From NCBI GenBank assembly GCA_004022145.1, contig RCNU01000012.1: a DNA stretch of 64,000 nucleotides; one strand, given 5' to 3'. This DNA is from Paecilomyces variotii. Taxonomy: Eukaryota. Every line of letters begins with the position of its first letter. Position 1 is the stretch's first letter. The notes beneath the pieces were generated by a model. That model worked only from the letters and a program-made list of their open reading frames with translations. It ran no database searches and was not told the DNA's origin. Position numbers and translations under genes: made by a program. Shown here in pieces: positions 1 through 12,285 of this stretch.

Positions 1-3000
1 CGCATCGCATCGCCTGCTGCTTTCTAACATGTAACGTGATGTATTGGATGGGGAAGTATGATTCAACGAAGCAATAGAGGGATGGAATAATCTGAGACAA
101 ACCACGCGATGAAGATGCAAGGTTGCTGCCTGTGGTAGCGAATGAGAAGGCGAATGACGAGGTGCAGATGTTCTACTGTTGGGTTCCACGGACTGGACGT
201 AGAATAGGTCTTCGTCGTTGGCCCTAGCATGTCGTTATAGCCTCAAGTGCTTCTCAGAAGATTACGCGAGGAACCAGCCCCGTCTTCATAGCTGCAGATG
301 ACTAGCCATGGAAGCCAGGGAAGCCGCTTCTATGCATGACAAACATCGACCGCGTATGTTCGGACCAGACGGTCTCAGATCGTCGAGCAAATGGGCTCTC
401 ATAAAGCCACCACACTGGTGACTGTGGTGAGAAGCCAGGGTCTGTTATCAAGTCGAACCCCGCATCTCTTGCCTCATTCGTCTTCTCCGACTAGTTAGAG
501 TACTGCGATAGAGGCGGCCTAAAATCTCTAGAAACCTTCTAGAAGACAACGAGACACGGACGGGACGGGTAGGCTGATCCTGGTGGCAGACCAAGGATGC
601 AGTTTCTTGCACCCTTGATGAACTGTTCTGCAGCTATCAGGGTTTACTCTGCGCTGGCCAATGGCTCTGGCAGGAGCGTGCAGCATCCCGCCTATTGTAG
701 TTATAGAGCAGTATGTGTTCTCTCTCATCCCATCGCTAGCGCCACCAAGCTTTCGAGGCGATTTCTGCAGATTCCACGTCATCGATATGCTGCACGATAG
801 TATCGCGGAATCTCATGCCGCCAATGTTCCATTCTGCTCAGGATTGGTCCTCTGAAATGTTCAATTGGCGTTGACCGTTTCGACATCGGCAAGTCTCGGG
901 ATGGACGATCATCCCGCTTTGCTGTTGAGACCTGAGGATAATAACAATATGGCTCTTGCACTCGTCTTAACGTAAAGAATAAATCACGCCAAACTGAGAA
1001 TGGACAGGAACAGAGCGTATCAAAGGGCCAAGCGCCGGACTGAACTGGTGAGCGGGGCCTGTTGTATCCTACCCTAGTCGGTGTAAGATATCTCCACCGC
1101 TTCATCCTTGTACATGCGCCGAAGTTCTGTACATGTTCCGTGATACCAAGACTAAAGTACGTGAATAGTTCGAGACAGCCCAGCTGAGGAAAGATGAAAC
1201 AACCGGTCTAGAAGATGTCAACCATGTGCCGGGTCTGTATGACGCATCTGGTCGTCTGACTGCGTTAATCAACGGACATCTGCAGGTTCAACACAGTTCG
1301 TCTAGGTCTGCCAGGCACTATCCCCCACGTGTCGAAGGATTGTTGCCACGTCGGACGAAGAGCAGGCTCCGAGTCTAGGTGTTATGTTGACCGCGACCTG
1401 CCTGAAGGATTGACTACCCTGTCACTCACCCGTTTAGTTGGCGAAGATCCTGTTGCGGGAACCATTGTATGGGCGGTAGATCAACCGTCTCCATGTATTA
1501 TAGTGTATTCTCCGACAGAAACTCCCATGGCTATAATCTTTTGTGGCTTTCGCAGAACGAGGATAGATTAGCAGCAACGACAGTAGATAGATGTAACCGG
1601 GTTAATATTAACTTGTTATCTTGATCTGTTTATTACTAGCGAAACTCGGACTGTCATTGGCGTAAGGGACTCAAATGTCAGGAACCGTGGAAAGATGCGA
1701 AGCGGAGCGAGGCCAGAAATGGCAACCCGAGCAGTTGGTAATGTCAGACTGATATTATGTCCATCACTTCTTGTTCCGGACGCAGAGTCTGATGTTCTCC
1801 CCTATGGTAAACTGCATCCTATCCCCGCGTTAATAATAATCGTCTTCGTGGCAGTGCTATTGGAGTCGCTGCGATGTAGACGACGCTAATAACACCATCC
1901 ACATTGAAGTGTGAAATCCAAAGACTGTTGAACATTGGTAATGAGTCAATGACAAATCCAAGGCAGAATGGCAACGAGCCTATCCATAATTAGCAGCAAG
2001 GACAAGGCGATTCTGGTGTGCAGGACTAAGTACTCAACTTGGTTGTCCAGGTGCGGCTGACCGGCGCTTAGAGCGCCCGCCTGATTGGATTCATCCTCCT
2101 CCAAGCTTCGACCGTTCAATACACATCACGACCCGTGGGACGTGCGGCAACGGCGTTGACGGGGAAATTGGAATCAATAATAACGATAATGAGTTTAGTG
2201 AAGTGGACTACGCTGGGGCGGGGTTGCGGTAGGACTGTGGTAAGATCAGGCCCTCTCCACCGTTCTCACAACAGGCCAAATTAACAAGCTTCATCACAGT
2301 CAAGATGGCTTGGTTTGACGGTTGACCGCGAGAATAATGATGCGACTGTCCTTGCCAGACCGATCAGGCCTCTCTGTCCACCAATGGACAGTGATCGTCA
2401 CAACTGAATAACACTGCCGTCCTGCTATCTATTTTTGTACCTCGAACGACCAGTGCTCAGTTAGTGCACTGCCTCTGCGACGGGAAGCAGAATGTTGAAG
2501 CATCTAAATGGCATCTACACAGTTATCGCTATACCAGGATGCACTTCCAATAATGACGAGTCCGCGTTTGGAGTAGCTACAAGGTATTATTACCTGGCAA
2601 CCACGCGTCGACTCGAAAGTTGAAACGAATCACTAACGCAAATTTGAAGTATCTAGTTCTCCTGTTAACTGAGGGTGAGACAGCAGTGTCTCTATTAGGT
2701 TATCCTAGATGATACCTCAATCCTGTTCTTGCTCAGCTTCGATATAGTTATAATATCAATATTACGGAAGAGGCACTGAATCGGAACGATTACCAGATTC
2801 GGAATCGTCTATGCAAGTCAGATTTCAGTTCCCAGTGGAAACAAGTGGTGCAGCGGTACAGTCTGCGTTGGTGAGTTCCAGGATTTGTCTTTTTGGCGGT
2901 CGGACTGTTTTCATAGGTGGAACTATAACTAACTAAACGGCGCAAGGAAGGCCTAGTCTAATAATACTAACACCAAGCTCTGTGCACCGGACAGCTGTTG

Positions 3001-6000
3001 GCTCCAGACTGGCACTCGCACGGACAAGATTGTTCGACCGAGAGTCCGATGGACAGTCAGGACTCAGGACTCAGTCGCGACTCTGTGTTGATTTGTCCAA
3101 CCGATCGGGCATTGATCCGCATGCCAAAAGGTTATCTATTACAGTACATAGTTAGCAGGCGGTCCAAACATGATGATTTCCTCAGCCGCATCACTGCGAC
3201 GCTGTCTATTGGATGAAGCGAGGGTATACAGACGACTTGTTGTAACAACGCATACATCGCTTACCCTACTCTTTCTGGAAAACGTTGTGAACCTACCGAG
3301 TTTCGACAACGCCGTCTTAGCTAGGATACACTGAACTGGCAATTGTAAGGCTTGGCACTGAAGCGAGCGCGGCGCCGTTTTCTGATTGCGATGAACAGGG
3401 CCTCGATTGACTCATCATTGGCCTTTTGAGTCTTGACAGGCTCGATCATCTGAACAACTTCGCGGAATCGCGGTAAGCCCAGCCGAGTTATACCTACAGT
3501 ACTTGAACCTAGAGAATCAGAGCACGGTGTTCCTGGACTGGACGAACAGGAGGCCCAGTTCCTCGCCCAGCACCACGCTGTTGGTCCACGAAGCCAACGA
3601 TCAATCTAATGATTATATTCCCAGGGCCGGATTATCAGCACTATGTTGACATCGTCAAGAGAGAATTTTGTCCTTTCACGTCTCCCTGGAAATGTAAGTA
3701 TCGGGGCTAGATATCCGCAGCTTACATGACCACAGATCTGCGTCTTTATTTTCCTACACATGGATTGGTCACCATCGGTCTGTGACTCTGTGTAGATGGC
3801 GCTGGAGACCCGAATCTCCCCAACCAGTCTGGTGGAGCCACGGGGTCGGCGGGATCTCCAGGCCGGATCGAATTTGCGGCGCAGTTGCTAAACCTTCACA
3901 CAAATTATTATTAACAAGACCTGATCGAGTTTGGCTTTCTCGAGGCTTGCTCGCCCGAAGGATCATCATCCTGGCCGGTGGAACTGCTTAATGCACGTGA
4001 ATACCTTTGGCGGCTCTGTGCTGGTGGAGCGAACAGACGGACAATCCAATCCGCAATTCAAGTCCAGACAAGGCGCTTTTTTAGCTTCCCGACGCTTGGG
4101 ACAGATACTGATAATAATAATGGCCTTCTTGAACACAAGCCAATGCGCAAACAGAAGCCAAGACACAGCCTGACCCAGTCTTTCTTTGCCTAATCCATGG
4201 GACCATGCCTTCCGAACCCCGCAGTGGCCATGGACTCTGGAGCTTGCGGGAGGATGACTATCTTTGTTCACTACTCGGCACTGGATCAGCATCGCGGAGA
4301 GAGCAAGCCATCCGGCGGCTTTTCTTAAAGTAGTCCTGCTTGATGGACCGTCGCTAAGAATCGGCGTGGGCTAGGCAGGTAATCTTATGTGACGGAATGC
4401 TCCGCACAACCTAGATGATCAAGCCTTGCCAAGCTCGTAAGAAATTATTATCCGTCGATCGTGGAAAGTAACCTCTTGAAAGCGTCCAGAGCTTGGAAAA
4501 GCGGTGGTGCCTGGGCTCTGCTTACGGCATATCGGGCGTCCTATACAACGAAGTCGTTGAAACAAACCAGCCTACCACTACTGCATCGAACGCATCGAAA
4601 AGCGCCATCGCAGCTTCCGGTTGTTGGGCCCGGACGGGTTCCGCGGGGATGGTATCGTCGCAGGGACTTCTGGGGAAGCGATACGCACTGTAACTACGGA
4701 GTACACCCGGACGTACGTTGGTTAGTCACTGTTAGACCAGGCCGGACTCTGTCCTTGCGTGAGGGCTCATCGGGACGGCGGGTCCTGAGGACTTGGCTCT
4801 ACTCACTCTACTCTAGATAGGCAAGTTAGGCTCGCATTCCGATGGTTGGCTTCTGTTACGGTGATCTTATTCTGGTTATCACAACCATATGACGGGAGAT
4901 GAAACCAGCAGTCGAGAAAAGCCGTTTATCAAAAAATACTATGGGGAGCCTGGTCAGTGATGGATCAATGCACGAAGGAATTGAACCCTGGATGTCCACT
5001 CGGTTCCCGTTCAATCAACGCAAGCCGTATTACACCCGTCAAAGCGTGAGGAAGTTCGAATGTCTGCTAGATCGGGGCCTGACGACTGTCCGGCAGGGGT
5101 CCGTCACAACCCTATCTCTGGGAAGTAATCCCTAGTTGACCCGGGACTCCCAGATTGCTAGCCTAGCTGGGTGCTTAAGCCTCTCCTTCTAAGCCATCCG
5201 TGCGGGTGTCTCTTTAGGTCGTTGTTAGTTCTGCGTCGTCACCCTTGGGCCTTCTTCTTGGCTATTATTCCCCTGGCCGTCGTTCGACTCGTGGCAGCGC
5301 TTAGTCCAACGGGGTCCCCCGACTCAGGAAGAGAGGCAGAGGCCATACTCGTGCAAAGCTATTTCGGGAAAAAGAACGATGGCCGCGGAGAGGGTTAACA
5401 GCAGAGCAAAGCATGGCTCCACCAACGACGACACGAGGAACAGAACCAACATCTCCTCTGCAGCCTATCCTCAATCAATACTGGTCCATTAGGGTCACCC
5501 GTCAGATTCGACGACTTGATAGGACCCTGGGCGACCCCCAGCATAGCCTTTTGCCCTGACCTGATGATCCATCCTCCTCCCGCACAGGTTTCCTATTCGG
5601 AATTCCGCTATGCTATCCATGCTGTCCATCGCGCCGGGGACAGCTCCAGCAGGCATGCGCCATGCTAACTTAATGGCCCAGGATCCACTGGATCATACAG
5701 CAGTGCTATTCACAGTATACACGCGGGACCGCTCTGACCGGTGGACTACGGGGGACATCACGTCTGCCCTGACCGTAATATTTCTCTACGAGACTCAGCC
5801 GCATCAGTCAAATCCTTCATGGTTTTAAGAACGACAATCCAGCCCCGCCGCCCACCCTGGACGCTGCCCCAGCTGGCTGTACCCTTCTAGTTTGAAGCTC
5901 GTCTTGGCGATTCTATCCAAACCTTGGATCCCTGAGAGGTCAGAATCAGATCTCCCAAACCATATCTAGTTGGACCGGTGCGCAGCGTTCTTAAGCGCCG

Positions 6001-6211
6001 CATTGTATAACATATCTGTCTCGTCCGCCCCCAATCTCCCATCATTCTAGATCCACTTCAGATCTATTCTTGTTTACGTTCTTATTCTTTAAATGACCGC
6101 TCCTGTTCCCCATACCCGTACACAAGTATACCTGCAGGATCAACAACGTTGAGCAAGGTTAGCACAGCCAACCGCGCAATTACATATAGATCGTCGCATC
6201 TCCCACACGGA

Positions 6212-9200
6212 ATGGCCAAAGTCTCGACTCGACGAAGCAAATCAACGGAAGCAATCTTTACACCTACCAGTGTCACTTCTCAAACCAGCGTCGACCGCAA
6301 GAAGAGAGTAACCATGCGCCGCACTACCTCTACATCGGACATTCCGACTCCTATTACCTACACACCCACTACACATCGAATAAGCAAGGCGAAGAAGGGT
6401 AAACGGGTTCACGCATGCGGATTCCCTGGTTGCAACAAGGTGTGTTTCCTCCAGAGCTCTCTTCTTGAGTGTCGCTGACGGTAACACTAGGTTTTCACAC
6501 GCGCAGAACACCGAAGGTACGCATACCGCAAGGGAGAGCAGAAGGACCCAAGAGCTGTTCCTAACCATTTGGCTGGTAGACGTCACGAATTGAACCACAA
6601 CCCAGAAGCGTCATTTCCATGCAGATATGAAGGATGCCGAAAGGCCTTCCATCGCCCTGATCTACTTGCGAGGCATATGGAGCGACAGTGAGTACCCCAC
6701 ATTGTGCGGCTTTTTACGGGAGAGCCCCTGACAATGAGATGAATAGTGAGCTTGATGCACAATCTGGTGGTAATGCGAGCCGGCATTGGAAACAACCCAG
6801 TCAATCATCAGTCGTCTCTGATCCATCGAGCGTGGCGGATACCATACCTGCGTGTGCGACTCCAGATTCTCTTCCTGTGGTGAGCTCTGGTTCAATGTCA
6901 ATTGGTTCTATTGTGGCGCCCGGAGTGCACCCTGATCTTGCAAGCGATTATTCGTTGCCCTGGAGTGGGATGGAGATCCCCATGGACCCTCGAGCTACAC
7001 CATTCCCGAACCACATTCGAGAATCCGCAGGAGACAGCCCATTCTACTCTTCGCCCGATACCTGTGGCTCTCCCTTATCAGACGTGCCATCATTTCACCT
7101 TTCGCAGCCAAGGAGTGTTTCTTCTGCTCCGACTTCTGTGATCTTCAACCCGGAGCTGGTGCAATCGCCCCTGCAGATCGATGACGGCTGTGACTGGGAC
7201 CCAATTGACTCTGCCAATATCGTACCATTCTCCCTGGAGGGTGATATGCTTCAACCAGTAGGTGAACCTTCCCTCGGGCCACAGCCCCTAAGAATCGCGA
7301 CTGACAACCAGCAAGACTTTTCAATGCCAGTACCCCTCTCCAACTTGGATGGGGTTGAGTGGTTTGCCCTACGACGAGAGCTTACTTCCGCCCCCGGAGT
7401 CGTTTCAGGGGATGATGGGATGGAAATCATGGACACTATGAAATGGCAAGACTGTTTCGAGAGTTACTGGCGGCATTTTCATCCTTTATTCCCCATCGTG
7501 CATCGACCGACCTTTTTCGCAACAAAACCCAGTCCTTTACTAGCAGGAGCTATGGTTGCCATAGGCTCTCAATATGACAACCGACACAATGCTAAGGAAT
7601 ACTCACTTGCCTTGCTCGAGGCGTGTCTAAAGCTTTTGTCAAAGGTTTGTCAAAATCCAAGGTTAGCTCTAACCGTGGTCACTTTGCTGATGCTTGGATA
7701 TAGAGGACTCCAATAACAAGCCGGTCCCGAATCACCGATATTCAAACGGTCTTTTTACTGGAATACCTGTCGAAGTTTAGATCCCGGAGAGCGGACGTCC
7801 AACTATCCCACCGTTTCCGGAGTCTGTATGGTAGCGTATGTTGATCAATGAGAAAAAAGCAAGTATCGGGAGAGTTTTGGCTGACACCTACTGATTTAGT
7901 ACATGCATGATCGCCACTGGATCTCTCAGAATCCATTCGCTGTTTTGAACACACTCCCAGAAAATCCAAGTCAAGAAGCACTTACGAAGGCGTATAAGTT
8001 TTGGGTTGAACATGAAGCTCGGCGGAGGGTGTTGCAAGCTGCGTTCATTTTCGATGCACAGCAGTCTGCACTATTTGGTCAGCCACGGGTCTTATTGCAG
8101 CAGTCTGCTGTGAGTTCGCGCCTTAGGAAGTCGAGTGTTGGAACCACGGACTTGCCGTTCCCCTGCGATTCAAATCTGTGGGAGACTTGGCATCTGGAAG
8201 ATTGGTTTCGAACGGCTAGGTCGCACAGATCATTGTCATTGCCTTCTATGGCCATGGCTTCAGGTCTACATGGACAACCCAGCTCGCGTCATCTGGATAC
8301 TTTCCAGTGCACTCTCCTTCTCGTGCATAACCTGACCAGTCAGAGATCAGAGAACTACGAGGCATGGCTTGTCCCGAGTGAGGGATACGACCAATATGCA
8401 CCTTCAAGCGCGCCCTCTCAGCCGTGCAGTCTTTTCACGTATCATGCGCTCAGTGCTGCCCGCCATACGCCTTTGCATGCCTTGTTGACTGTTAGCGGGG
8501 AGTCGTGGCTCTTTAACCGAAAGGTACCTCATGAAGAAGACTTTCGGAAGGCCAAAGACACATTACGGCGATGGGCGTCCGACACAGAAGACATTAGGAA
8601 AGCCGTCTGGCATGCAGTTCGGGTTTTGGAATGCGCCGTGTACAATGCGTATCCGAATGCCTTGCTTCGCGACAACGCCCGAACTACAGCGAACCAAGGA
8701 CACAGAGCAACAGGGAGCAGGATCCCCAGATCATCGCCAGCTCTGAGTGCTCCCCTAATCCCGTTACTCGCAGGCGAAGAGGCGGGGACCTCATCTGCTG
8801 CTCGACCAGGCCCACTAGCTATGCTCCACGCGAACTGGGCTCTTTACATTTCGGCGCTCATCTGCTGGGCTTACGGGTTTGATCCTTCCACATCTACAAT
8901 CTCCGCTTCCTACCCTTCGAATATGCTCTCTCGGTCACAAACAGCGATTGCCGCATCTGCACGTTCGTATATCTCGACAATGATCTCACTGGCGCCTACA
9001 TGGCAACAACTCTCACACAATCGGATTCCTGTGACGGTCCGTTGCAATACACTTTCCTTACTTGGATTCATCCGCACTACCCGACTTCAAGAAGGCCGCA
9101 TGGGCGGCCTGCTCAATGAAGGCGAAAGAGTCCTAGCTCGACTTACAGAGACAAGAGCAACCGTCAACGCCGAGGGCAGAAGCATGTGGGAATACCAACC

Positions 9201-9213
9201 GGTATCTTTCTAG
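6212..9213 (+). CDS. C2H2 zinc-finger transcription factor with C-terminal fungal-specific TF (middle homology) domain, ~883 aa, 7 exons
   Basis: Inferred exons 6212-6439, 6491-6516, 6580-6687, 6747-7257, 7312-7644, 7704-7835, 7900-9213 join in frame. Two C2H2 fingers (HACGFPGCNKVFTRAEHRRRHELNH; FPCRYEGCRKAFHRPDLLARHMERH) precede YWRHFHPLFPIVHRPTF and WVEHEARRR...F...D motifs typical of Fungal_trans domains. Confidence 0.88.
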
Positions 9214-10025
9214 TTGACTGGAGTTTTGAACAATTTCGTGATTCGTTTTATTTTCTTCGATTTCCTTCCCTTTGAGTTCAGCGTTTCATTTCACAGCATT
9301 TAGATCTGGGTCCTGGTTTCTTATCTCGCGAGTACAGGTATTAGAGGACGTTTTTGTTTTCAGATCAACATATAACTCTTAGACGGGCATATGAACTGGT
9401 GGTACAGGTGGGAATGTTTTTTTTTTCTTTCGTTTTGTCATCACATTTGAACCATTTCCTGGTTTTCTCGTTTATGCGATTTGCTCAGCATGATATCCTT
9501 TCCCTTTTTGTTAGTTTGTGGTCATTTGGTTTTTTTTCTTCACGACTGGAACGTTACGTATGTATGTATCTATCTACGTGTGTATCTATATACCCCCCAA
9601 CTCCCTCATATGGAGTGTCTTTACTTACCAAACATTCAATCCAACTCATCTATATATATACATATACATATACTCTTTACGTGTGCTTGGCTTTTATCTC
9701 TCTCGAGTAAATATATACCTGTAGAGTAAATCAGTCGTATTATTTGATCACCCTTCCCTCTTCTTAACTACCTCCTTCCCTTCTCTTCTCCACTACGTAC
9801 CACGCTACCTACATCATACGCAGAACCGTATATCTTCGGTCCTAAATGCCAAAGAATGAAATCATCTGATTATAAATAGCCAGTAGTAAGCCTTTCTCGA
9901 TGAACGAGAAGTAATTATTAACTATTCCTCCGACGTGGGGATTAACTAACTCATCATATGGTATGGTATGGTCTAGTATGGGATAGATATACTACTAGCA
10001 TAGCCTCACATACACGCGCACACAC

Positions 10026-10027
<2 letters not shown>

Positions 10028-10069
<42 letters not shown>
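10028..10069. repeat. (AG)21 dinucleotide microsatellite
   Basis: Perfect AG run read directly from the sequence, between two convergent genes. Confidence 0.95.
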
Positions 10070-10072
<3 letters not shown>

Positions 10073-11316
10073 TGAATAGCAATAGGAGAGAATTGATCGA
10101 TGATGGGTTATATGGTGTAAATGTGAGAGTGTATTTTGGGGAGAGAGGTTTTCCTTTCGGGCGGTTATGAACTTTATCTGGGTGATCATGTTTACAAACT
10201 CCGCTGGGAACAGCTTAAGACAGTTAGTTGGATTGAAACTAAACAAGCACGCCATTTTGGCGGGGAAGAGGAATAACGCATGATGGATGGCTGGAGCGTC
10301 CCCGAGTGTCGAGTTAGTAATTATCTCTAGATACGCTAGGATTTTCAAGACTGAGACAATTGAGATTATAGTAGAGTAGCTTATTTGATTTGGTACGGGT
10401 AAAGTCTCTATGTACGAGTTATGGTTCACTATTCATGTCACACCCTATGCGCAAGCCGGCTTCGAACAGATGTGCGTCCAAACGCTTCCAGATATTATCT
10501 CTGGTCATCCACGGCCATGCATTGAAACCTTTTCAGGTGTCAAGGCGGGCACTTCCGGTCGCACAAAGAGACAGAAAGGGTTAAAAAGAAAAAGAAGCCG
10601 GCTCGAAGATTAGATAATGTGACTCTCCAACAAGAGGAAAAAAGAGAAGAAAAATCAAGGCAGTGGGCTGGGAAACAATCACTCAAAGTTGACCAAAACA
10701 ACGCCTTGTTAATACAAAAAGATGCCCGTCATGTTGATCGCTAACAACGTCCAGACTAGACCGGACTTTGGATAGTTTTACTCGACACCGAAAACCGCCG
10801 GTAGGCTCCCATCACGAAAACAACAGCAAGCTGGGTATGGATGGAAAGTCAATGGTTCGCACCACACAGAAGAATCTCACAAAGGAAAGCAAAAGGGACA
10901 TATGGGGAATCGAGTTCGATCGTGCGTGGCTCAGCCGTCGCCGCTGCCTTTTAGCCCCTCTAGTAACACGGGTACTCCGCGGGTGGCATAGGAGCCCGTT
11001 CGGTATTCATCAAGTCTGGGCCGACAGAGCAGGCTGAAGACCACCAATAGTCGCCCGCATCATGTGCACCTCAGTCGTCATAACGCCGGTCAAGATAACC
11101 CGAGAACAGATCTTAGGATTCGGTTCAAGTAGATAAGAAAGGGTAAGAACATATGCAACGGAAGAGTGTCGTTCTCGACGATCAGTGGAGTATCACGGAA
11201 AATAGAACGAAAAGCCAATCGTGAAAAAGGTGATAGTGACATGGAGGGTATCCTCGATAGAGAAAACCTTTCTTTCCTTCGACGAAAGACATTGAGCAAT
11301 TGAAATTTCTCCTAAT

Positions 11317-12285
11317 TTACACTCCATCCGGGTTGGTGACCTGGCGGATCTGTCAGCGACTACAGACAATACAAGAAGATACGCTGAAAATAGACCAACC
11401 TTAAGGATCCTCCTCGAGAAGTCTTGGTCGTCGGCAATGCTACCGTTACTCTGGCGTCTCTGGGCCATGAAGTCACCGTCGAACCTGGAATCTGACATGG
11501 AACTGGAGGACATGGGCTTGCCTCCTCCGGCAACGAAGTTGTTGATGTCTGCGTTACGACGGTATTCGTTTTCAATGGCCTTTCTCTTCTTGTATCTGTA
11601 GAAGAAGAATGCTCCACCCATCAGGGAGGCCAGACCCACGACACCGACGACGACACCTGCGGCAATACCGGCTGTATTCGCTCCACTGCTCGAGCTGTTG
11701 TCTGCAGCGTCGGTTTGGCTCTGGGCTGTTACCACGATCGTCTGCCCAGCTTGTGTAATCACGTGCGGTTGTTCTGCAGAGGTCGAAGTCTGACCATCTG
11801 TGGACGTCGAGCTGGAGGAACTCGAGTATGCGGGAACGTTCTCTTCGGTACCAGTCAAGAAAACAGAGAAGGTATTGTCACCACCACCTGTCATCTCAAA
11901 GTTAGCATTTATGCAAACGAGCAGAAAGGGAGAAATGTGACCACATACACATGGCGGCGGGCCAACCGTCACAAGGCGTGTTGCAGTTACTGCTGTCTGT
12001 CTTGGCTGAAGTCGGGGGAAGGACGTTTCCGCAGAGACAGTTTGATCCCTGCGTCAGAGCCATGACGGAGAATCCCTTATTCGCACAGAGCTTCTGGCAG
12101 TAGCCGGTACTCTGGAAAGTGTAGGAGCCCTGGTCCTTCAGCGGTTCTGATGAACTGTAGCATCCTTCGTCGGTCATGGTCTTCAAGGCGACGTCCGGGT
12201 TCGCGTCGGGGTCTGCGGATGCGAAGCGGAGGGCGAGCAACAGTGTCGAGACCGTCATCGCGGTCCATGGTGAAAGGGACTTCAT
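11317..12285 (-). CDS. wscA: WSC-domain cell wall integrity sensor (Wsc1/WscA family), 3 exons
   Basis: Signal peptide, Cys-rich WSC domain (GCYSS...FQSTGYCQKLC...GSNCLCGN...CNTPCDGWPAAMCGG), Ser/Thr-rich spacer, TM helix (IAAGVVVGVVGLASLMGGAFFFY) and conserved tail SIADDQDFSRRILKVTNPD. Exons 12285-11949, 11887-11400, 11340-11317. Confidence 0.9.

Noticed and set aside
9354-9729. Three overlapping hydrophobic ORFs downstream of the transcription factor
   Set aside because: They arise from T-rich and TA-repeat 3'UTR sequence, not a membrane protein gene.
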